Source: Octopus bimaculoides
Lineage: Eukaryota
Assembly: GCF_001194135.2 (NCBI RefSeq)
Contig: NC_068982.1
Coordinates: forward strand, 163,293,699 to 163,357,698
DNA: 64,000 nt
Reading direction: 5' to 3'
The notes under the pieces were generated by a model, which saw nothing but the letters and a program-made list of their open reading frames with translations, did not search any database and had not been told where the DNA came from. Shown in pieces: positions 54,275 to 64,000 of this stretch (positions within the stretch are counted from its first letter, which is position 1; each line of letters starts with the position of its first letter). Position numbers and translations under genes: made by a program.

Positions 54275-54505
54275 GAAAATTTGTCAGTCGAGACACACAC
54301 ACAGACACATGTGTGTACACACATATACACAGAAATGAAAATTTGGCAGTCTAGACACACACACACACACACAAAAATAAAAAATTGCTAGTCTAGACAC
54401 ACACACAAATTTGGCAGTCTAGACACACACACAGAAATAAAATAAACACCAGTCTACACACACACACACAGGAATGAAAATTTGCCAATCTAAAGCACAC
54501 ATGTG
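54275..54505. repeat. Minisatellite, about 6 copies of AAATTTGGCAGTCTAGA joined by variable (CA)n spacers
   Basis: Copies begin near 54278, 54337, 54380, 54407, 54441 and 54477. Confidence 0.8.
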
Positions 54506-56471
54506 CACACAAACACACACATGCATACACACACACACGTACAAAGACTTGTAAGTCAAAACACTGAGAATCTGAATTATCATCAGATTTTGGTGGAGAG
54601 AGAGAGAGAGAGAGAGAGAGAAAGCAAGAAGGGGGAGAAGGCAAGGAAGGAACCTGTGATGTTGGTGGCTATGAGGTTTAGGCATTAAATACACTTGACA
54701 TTAATGAACAATATAGCATCTTGTTGCCATAGTCTTGCTGTGTCAAACCTGTCTGGCAAAATACAGCCACCATGATGACAACGATGAGGACAACAACAAC
54801 CAAGTTATCATCATCATAGCATCTTTGTGACAATGGAATGAAAAAGAGGCCAACTTGTTTGGTTAGCACAATATAAAGAGAAACTGATAGACAGGAGAAG
54901 ATCTTCTAGCACTTCCGGCGAAAACAACACGGAAACGATCATCTTTGGAAAATATTAAGTGGATTGTCATAAAGATTATTATGGTAGAAGTGATATCAAG
55001 GCCAAATGAGAATGGTAAAGGGAAAATTACAGCAAAGCAACAAAGATACAGCACAGTATTTCTGAATATAGAAAGAAAATAATAGTTACAGGAAAACACA
55101 CATACATATACATATTCACATATATATGTGGGCCTATATATGTATATATATATATATNNNNNNNNNNNNNNNNNNNNNNNNNNNNNNNNNNNNNNNNNNN
55201 NNNNNNNNNNNNNNNNNNNNNNNNNNNNNNNNNNNNNNNNNNNNNNNNNNNNNNNNNNNNNNNNNNNNNNNNNNNNNNNNNNNNNNNNNNNNNNNNNNNN
55301 NNNNNNNNNNNNNNNNNNNNNNNNNNNNNNNNNNNNNNNNNNNNNNNNNNNNNNNNNNNNNNNNNNNNNNNNNNNNNNNNNNNNNNNNNNNNNNNNNNTA
55401 TATATATATATATTTACATACCAAAGTATAACTTTCTCATCATGTACAGATTAATCTCTTATTGTGTGTGTGTATGTATATATAAACTTGTGTATATGCG
55501 TAATTGTATGCATGTGTATATATGTTATCATCATTAACACGTACACATAGTCATACGTAGACACACAGACATGACATTTAGGTTTATACTTTTACATATG
55601 AGGCATTATAATATGTAGTCATTAGAGGGATGTGTAGAGTCTAGTGTGTGTATGTGTGTGTGTGTGTGCGTGTGTGTATGCATGTGTTTGTGTGTGCATA
55701 GATATATGCAGAAATCAATTATAAATAAACACACACATGCACACTTATACACACACACTCTTGATAGTTGCAAGGAGAGAGAAATGTGTTGTTTCTTCTA
55801 TCTACTTCATTTACCGATAATAAAATGGCTTCTGCTCCTCTGAACAGATAAGTTACATTCTACACCTGCCCTGGCCCAACCAATGTGCCAATTTTTCCTC
55901 CCCTCATTATCCTTACTGTCTAACATCCCCAAACCATACACCTAATCTATTGCCCAACCACTGCTCTCAAGGACTGCAACTTTCTTGAGTTTGCACCCCG
56001 ATATATATATTAACTTATAGAAAAGTTCATGCTGAATATTAACAGCATCCATCTTAGCAGTCTAGAAGAAGCCATAACAGGCATAGACACTCTCTTCTCT
56101 GAATAAAGGAAAAGAAGAAAAAAAATAAGCTTGTTGCATACAGCAATTTCTATAAATAAAGATAGTGCAAAATCTGGTGAAAATATCCTAGATAGATCAA
56201 ACAATTAGTGTTTATTGTTTAGACTCAATTAAAACATCCATCAGGATAGTCAACTGGTAGAACCATTAGGACTTTGGTAAATGCCTTGGGATATTTGTGC
56301 CAATGATTTGCAATCCACTCCTGCTAAGGTTAATTATAACTTTCATCGTTCATTCTTCTGGGGTTGATAAAGTATGAATCAAGTACTTAGGTGATTTCTC
56401 TCTCTCTCTCTCTCTATCTCTCACACACTTTCTCAGATTAGGCTGTGTTATTCTGTGGGAAGGATGTAGGG

Positions 56472-56775
56472 CAGTATTCTCAAACTATCTGATGTGGCAT
56501 ACCAACAGTTTTTTTTTCCAATGTGTCAGGGATTGGTAATATTTCTTAGTAATATTAATTTATACTGGAAACAATATATATAATGAATATAATAAAAGTT
56601 TACAATTTTTTTATCGTATATTTATTTTGTAAACAAATAATACAATACCATATTACATAAGCATTTTATAGGCATTTTATAATGTTTCTTTCTTTTCTGG
56701 AAACTTGTTGCATACCAGCAGCTGATGGCTCCCAGACCAGCACTGGTCTGCGGACCACCACTTTGAGTAGCACTG
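56472..56775. mobile_element. hAT (Charlie-like) MITE with intact 8-bp TSD
   Basis: ATGTAGGG|CAGTATTCTCAAACT ... ACTTTGAGTAGCACTG|ATGTAGGG. Perfect TSD at 56464-56471 and 56776-56783. AT-rich interior. Confidence 0.9.
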
Positions 56776-59036
56776 ATGTAGGGGACCACTTACAATATAA
56801 GTATTTCTTTCTTCCAAGATGACAACTACCACTCTATTGCAGTGGAAGAATGTGGTCAGAAAGGCCCCAACAGAGTATGGAACATGCTGCTGCTAACATG
56901 CATCATGCACATATACAGATAAGTATGTAACACATGAACTTAGGAAAGAACCACATGGCACTGGGTTTTATTCCACTGAGCAGTATCTTGGTTAGGCCTT
57001 GTGAGAGAAATCAGTGAAAGAGGTAAACCCAGGAAGATGTAGGATGAAGTGGTGAGAAATGATCTTCAGATATTGAGCCTCATAGAGGCTTCTAACAATT
57101 TTCTGCACTTGAGAAGACATGTCAAGCTAAGTATAATTGCGGCAGCCCAATGCACCTCATCCCCTGCACAATATGGCCTTTGTCAAAACTCTCCTGCCAC
57201 TCACCATCTTCTCAACAACCTCCCTCCTTTCCATCACCCATGATCCCTACTCACCAACTGCTGTACCACATATACTCCTCCCTTGTCACCTGTGGGTAAG
57301 TCTTAATGCATCTCCAACACCTTTTGTTTCTCTCTCTCTCTCTCCCACTGTCTCTCTTTCTTTCTATCAATCTCTCTTTCCTCTCCTTTCTTTTCCTACT
57401 AGGGTAGCCAAGTATCTTATTTATGGTAAGATGCCTATCTCTTTCCCTCTGTTATAGTCTAACCTCTCACCTGGCACAAAGCCATTTCCTTCCCTTCTAC
57501 TCCCTCTCTCAGCTGAAAGGTCTTTGTCTCACAAGTTAATTGGCAACTCCACAGGTGTTGGTGCCATGCAGAAAGCCTGAATTTAAGCAGCATGAGACCT
57601 GCTAAGTTTAAAGAATAGAACCAACTGTGGTACTACTAGAAAGGGGGGAAAGAGAGAGAGAGAGAGAGAAATGATACCATATTTGTGGGCCAGTGGTTGG
57701 AGTGTGTCAGGGAGCAACTTCATGCCAATTAGTCAAGTAATAGTTCTTTGGATGTGTGTGTGTGTGTGTAGCAGCTGTACACATCTATAGACCTTATCTA
57801 AGCTTTGATCTTGTGCCTGTTTGCTTAAAGCTGTTTTGGAGATAAACAACAACTATTCTTGCAAATAATGCTACACAATGGTTTCAAATCTTGGCACAAT
57901 GCTAGCAATTTTTTTATGGTGGGGAGGAAGTCGATTACATTGACTCCCCCAGTGCTCAATTGGTGCCTATTTGATTGACCCCAAAGAGATGAAAGTTGAC
58001 CTCAGTGAAATTTGAACTCAGAATGTAAAGACAGACAAAATGCCGCTAAGCATTTTGCTCATCATGCTAATGGTTCTGCCAGCTCACCACCTTAATAATG
58101 CTACATATTAACAGCTAAGTAAGTAGACACTGGGTCATTAGAAATAAGGTATTTTGGTCACAGTACCACTGACCATGACATGAAGTACCAATCTTTTGAT
58201 TTGTAACTTAGCGCCTTATTGGTTCGGTGCATAATGATTAAATAAATGTAGGTATATATCTGTGTACCTCTCTGTCTTTCAAATTTCTTTTCACAGACAC
58301 CAGTGGGGTCTGATGGATGGTATGCATCTCTGTTTCCCAAGTTATCAGGTAGCTGTAAACAAATCTCCCCTTTCATGCTGATCAGTCACTACATTTTCTT
58401 CTCAGTACTGTAAGCCAACAGATTCCCCATCAAATCAACAGTGTTCCCACTGCTTATTGCAACACCTTCTCACAGGTATTGTGAACTAAGTCTTCAAAAG
58501 CTAAGTCTACTGACCACCAACACTTTGCAGCATCAATGACAAGGATATAAATGGATATAAATAGCCACCCACTAGGTTGTTTGTCTAGTACACCCACTGA
58601 CTTTGCTGTTCATACACCCAGGTGTATTTGTGTGTGTATATATAAACTTCTGCATTTAAGTACACATATAATGCATGAGTACACATACATAAACACAGAA
58701 TGCACACACTCATATATGTGTATATGTGTGTGTGTGTGTGTGTATATGTGTGCCTATGTACACACATACATACACAAACATTCCACAACACCTCAAAATA
58801 GGAGAATCTGCTGACTACTGTGGGAGAATTTGCCAAGAATAATTAAGAATCAATGAAGTGAAGACTTTCAATTAGTTTCTATCATTACCTAAATCACGGA
58901 AATTGTCAATGTGTATCAGATAGAGGCTTCATCTGAAGATGAATCAGTCAGCTGATAGGCGGAACTAACATTCTTGCAGAGTGCTGTTCATAGTTGTGAG
59001 AACTCAACAAGTTTCTCCATGAGTGGAGGAGAAAGG

Positions 59037-59143
<107 letters not shown>

Positions 59144-59712
59144 GAGGAAGAGAGTTAAATAGATTAGCAGACCATATCAAGAATGAATGAAATTAGTAAA
59201 GTTTCACAAATGTTTATGGAGGTTGACTGGTGTGCATGTGTATACAACTGTACACACACATATTTCAAAGGCATGTATATTTATGATATATGTGTGTGCT
59301 GTTTATAGTATGACTAGTTACATACATGTCTATAAATGCTTTTAAACAATTTTATACCAAGTAGTTCATAGTTTCTAATGACTTATTGGTTTAATGGGAG
59401 AAAATGAGGCTGTATTAATGCTGGTAAGTTAAGTGTTAAGGATATATGGGCTGAGTATTTGGCATATTCAGAATTGAAAATCACAATGTGTATGTGTGTG
59501 TGTATGTGTGAGAAGGTATTTAATTAAGTTGTATTGCATTTGAATATTAGTTACAAGTGAATGAAACAAGAGAGAATGGACTTCACTATTCAGTTATAAT
59601 GGTGCTGTCAGTTACTTGACCGAAAGAACACTAAACAGCAATCTTCATTAAAGCAGTTTGCTTCTTGTTCCTTCATATACATTATGTATTTCTTGGTAAG
59701 TGGTTGATTGAA

Positions 59713-59747
<35 letters not shown>

Positions 59748-60226
59748 CATACACATATATATCACCCCATTCTTCTACCCAGGTTTTTGCAAGTCACTGC
59801 AATCCCCACTCCCTATTTGCGCCTTCTTGGCAATACCTGACCGCATATATTACAACCTTCATACCTCTTTCTTCCTTACTCTACCATTGCATCTATGTTC
59901 TGATCCTTGTTATTTGTGAGTTTATCCTGGCACTTCACCATCTCTCTTGTGTTCTCTCTTACACTTTTGTTGTTTCCTACTCTTTTTCTCTTTCCCTTGC
60001 TCTATCCTCTGGCTGGGTAGCCATGTATCTCCTCTACAGCAGCCCACTTGTTTCTGCCCTCATTCTTGACCACTCTCTCTCTTTCTCTTTCTTTAGTTTT
60101 TCCTCTGACTAGGTAACCAAGTATCTCCTTTACATCAGCACACCTATTTCTGTCCTCTTTCTTGTACCTCTCTCTCTCTTTTTCTCTCACCCTCTTCCCT
60201 CATTCACTATCTTTCTTCACTCTTTT

Positions 60227-60267
<41 letters not shown>

Positions 60268-60876
60268 GGGTAACCGTGTATCTCCTGTATGGCAAGACAC
60301 CTATTTCTGCATTTTTATTTCTCTGTTGTACTCTAATCTTTCATCATCTGATATTGGATCACCTCCTCCAATATTCCCTCCATTATAGCAAGATACTTGT
60401 TTCTGCCTCTCTGTCAAACTCTCATCTTTCATCCTCTGACACAAGTTCCCCTTCTCAGATACCCCTGCCCTTCTCATAATTCCTTGTCTTGTGAGTTACT
60501 TGGTGACTGCCAGTGCTAGTGCCATGTAAAAAGCATCCAGTCCACACTGTAAAGTGGTTGGCATTTGGAAGGGCATCCAGCTGTAAAAATCATGCCAAAA
60601 TTTACCTCACTTGTACTAGCGCCACACTGAGTCCACTCTGCAGAGTGGTTGGTGTTAGGAAGGGTATCCAGCCATAAAACCCCTGCCAAAACAGACAGAG
60701 TAGCATAGGGTAGTTTTCTATATCTGGCTGGCTCCTGTCAACTATCCTACCCATGCATGCATGGAAAACGGATATTAAATGATAATGGTGATGATGATGA
60801 TGATGATGATGATATATATAGGTTTGCTGATGCAAATGGTAAAAATGGAACTCAAAACATGAGTATTTATATATTT

Positions 60877-60982
60877 TTATTAATGTTTAACAGAAGCAAC
60901 AGAGTAACCCAAGGGCTGAGTGTTTATGCTTTAGCACTCACTGCCCTTGAGTCACTCTGTTGCTTCTGCTAAATATTAATAA
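60877..60982. mobile_element. Fold-back MITE-like copy (short version)
   Basis: TTATTAATGTTTAACAGAAGCAACAGAGTAACCCAAGGGC pairs with GCCCTTGAGTCACTCTGTTGCTTCTGCTAAATATTAATAA. Same termini as the copies at 1-115 and 9724-9845. Confidence 0.65.
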
Positions 60983-63900
60983 ATGTATATATATGCAAGT
61001 GCAGACATGGCTGTGTAGATAAGAAGCTGGTTTTGTAGTTATGTGGTTCCAGCCCCCTCTTGGGTGCCTGCTATAAAACTGATCATGCATATCTGCAGCA
61101 GTCATTTGCTTGTGTCATTGAGGAGGATATTTAACTCTATATGCCTCAGTTTACCTAGTTGGTAGTAACAGGGATTAAATGTTTAAGTAACATCGGTTTC
61201 AGATTTGAGCACAAGGCCAACAGTTTTAGGGGTGAGAGTACATTGATCCCAGTGTTCAACTAGTACTTATTTTATCGATCCCAAAAAGTTGAAAGGCAAA
61301 GTTGATCCAGGTGGAATTTGAACTCAGAATGAACAGATGGATGAAATGCTGCTAAGCATTTTGGCCTGGTGTGCTAAGGATTTGGCCAGCTCATAGCCTT
61401 AAAAAAATGTTTAGGTAATATTGTTTATGAAAGACTAGTAGCTGTGATGGATGGGATAAACCAAAGAAACTATTGGATGTTACTGAATGCAAAGATAAGC
61501 AAATACCTGAAAGTAATTATATAAACAATACAACAGTTATCTGAGGGCATCTATTTAGAATTCAGTGTGTATCTAAAGTCAACTGCACAGCATCCAATGG
61601 CTACTAAATGATAGTTTTTTTTTAGTAGTCAGTGGTTAACCATTGGCAACTGTATAGCAACTTGTGGTTATATACAAGTAACTATTTAGCAGGCCAAGTT
61701 TATATGAATGCAGCTGAGTAATAGTTGAAGATTCCATGAAAATAGCCATTTCGGTTACCTGAAAATCAGATATGAAGCAGTCGGTGGCTTGTTTGAAGAC
61801 AGTTTTATAATAGTAAGTAAGTGGTTACATGAAAGGAGCAACAGAGTAAACATGCAAAACAAAAAATAGCAAAACAAAACAAAAAACACACATACACATA
61901 CAAAAACAAAACAATAACAACTGAATACAATATAATTGGTTTCCCATGAGCTAACTGTAGAGAGTACAGCTGCTGGTGAGAAGATTCCTCAGAGAACATA
62001 TTCTGTAATAGAGTTAGTTGAGCCAGACAAAAGAAACGTTACTGTATTATAATCCTCAAATCTCTCAGTAGGCTTAGACGGATGGAGGCAAGTAAACAAA
62101 CCAATGCACAGAAAAGCTAAAAGGAAAAAGCAACCCAACAGAAAAGAAAAGAAAACAAACAAAATTAAAGTAAAACAAACATACACGCACATATGCAAAC
62201 AGTAACAAATAGGAGTGTTGTAGATAAAATGTCTAAAATGATTAAATAGATATAGTTAATTCTAGTTTAGTCTCATATGTAAAACAAAGAGAACAGACTT
62301 TAAAAATAAACTGATGAATGTCTAGAGAGATCATGGTTATGAAAGACAAGATTTAGAGTTGGTGATAGAGAAGATGCAATAATAATAAGGATAATAATAA
62401 TAATAATAAAAAGAAAAAAAAAAACTAATCAGGCAGAGACAAATAACAAATGGTGAAGATAAGATCATTGAAAGTCGGTGATATGTAAGAAATTTGGGAA
62501 ATTAATAATTTTCATGATAAAAATAAAATATTAAAAAAAAAAACAATGTTTATAATTCAAAGTTCAGTTATAATTGCAGAGACAAAGAAAAAAAATAATA
62601 AAAAACAAAACAAAATAATCATATCAAAATGGAATCTGTAATATTGATTTCTTTTGACTTGGCACAAAACCAATTTTTTGTTGTGGGGATGAGGTAGGTA
62701 TAAGTCAACTGAATTAACCCCCAGAATATCACTAGTATTACTTTTATTGACATCACAAGGACAAAGGGCAACAATAATGCAGATCAATAATATTGATTTC
62801 TGATATAGACACAAGGCCACAAATTTTGTGGAAAGGGAACAGCTGATTATATCAAACCCAGTACTTGACTAGTATTTTATTTTATCGATCCTTGAAGGAT
62901 GAACAGCTAAGATCTGAACTCAAAACATAAAGAGTTGAAAACAATACCACATGTCCAGTGTTCTAAATCATCAGTTGTTCTCCTTTGATTGTCACCAAGG
63001 TCCTTTAATTCATGCAATAAAAATGTTATTCATTGGTGATGAACAAAGCAGAGTTATATAGTGTGTGCATGTATAGTAGATTGCTTGACTACAGTACATT
63101 CTTGCTACTTTATAAACTCTAAAGGGATGGTCAGCAAAGTGGATTTTGGCAGGATTTGAACTTAAGACAAAGCTAAATATGGTAAAGTATAAATATTTTT
63201 GTTGCCCTACTGTTTCTATTCTTTGTTCCAGAATCCCTACAGTTATATTGATGTATAACTTTGGCACAATGTTATAAATTTATGCAATGGGGTTTGCAGT
63301 CTTTGAATCAATGTATGTACATGAATGATATTTTGTTTATTGACCCTGGGATGATAAATAGTCCAATCAACAATGACCAGATTTGAACTCAGAACATAAA
63401 AGCAGATATAGCAAACTGTTTACTCATATTATTTGTTATTACTGTTTCTACACTTCTACAGTCCTCACCTGAGAGCAGCATTGATTTCTTGTCACTACAC
63501 ACAACACCAAATTTTGTTAGGGATGAATTATAGAGAATTAAATCAACACAAGTTATTATCAGTAAATATTCTCTGATTTATCCCCAAACTAAGGAATGAA
63601 AGACTAAAAATCAGTCCCTTACAAGAGTTGAATTCAGAATGTAGAGGGACAAAACAAAAACATCTAATAGCATATTGTGTAATGTTCTACTGTTTCTGTC
63701 AGGATGTAGGAGGTGTTGGCATATATGTATGGTTTAAAAAGTTTGCTTTTCAACCATATGATTGTGGATTTCCACTGCCAAGCACTCTGCTACTATAGCA
63801 ACTAATGCTTTGTAAGCAGATTTCATTTTCCATGATTGCATGGGTTGGATGAATCATCAGGTTCTGAGTTATTTCTTATTGGGAACTGTTGTTCCCATAG

Positions 63901-64000
63901 ATTGTTCCTACACAGATTTAACTTGGTTTCTATGGCTGTATACCCTTCATGTTGCCAACCACTCTAGAGAGTGTACTGGGTGCATTTTCTCATGGTACCA

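Noticed and set aside
54275-54505. CRISPR-like repeat-spacer appearance
   Set aside because: Eukaryotic context, spacers are simple (CA)n rather than unique sequence, repeats are degenerate, and there are no cas genes.
58889-58932. Exon-like segment with good minus-strand splice signals
   Set aside because: Stops in all three frames. It shows that such signals arise by chance here.
61639-62140. Extension of a minus-strand exon chain from about 62.1 kb and 61.7 kb into the 56 kb candidates
   Set aside because: Phase-compatible chains were too easy to build with weak donors (GTAACG, GTTAAC), and the product resembles nothing I recognise. Likely overfitting.

Overview
AT-rich, repeat-dense eukaryotic genomic DNA with 10 assembly gaps (about 4.35 kb of N). 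The repeat content is most consistent with an octopod cephalopod (inferred from the SINE/RTE families and the extreme microsatellite density; not checked against a database). No long intact gene is visible, and nearly all six-frame ORFs are artefacts of microsatellites or N-runs. The window is a mosaic of tRNA-derived SINEs, RTE-LINE 3' ends, Penelope-like remnants, and DNA transposon derivatives (Tigger/pogo, Tc1, hAT, piggyBac-like, Helitron-like). A few short, unidentified candidate exons lie mostly on the minus strand, so the window may be largely intronic. The most notable structure is a 389-bp fold-back element (372-760) carrying a minimal type I hammerhead ribozyme motif in each arm, near-canonical on + and core-mutated on -. 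A second hammerhead-like motif (about 32.2 kb), a hammerhead stem II remnant (about 13.2 kb), a Penelope GIY-YIG remnant (about 37.5 kb) and many other inverted repeats accompany it. Hammerheads in Penelope-like elements are known, so I cannot claim from sequence alone that this is a new system.
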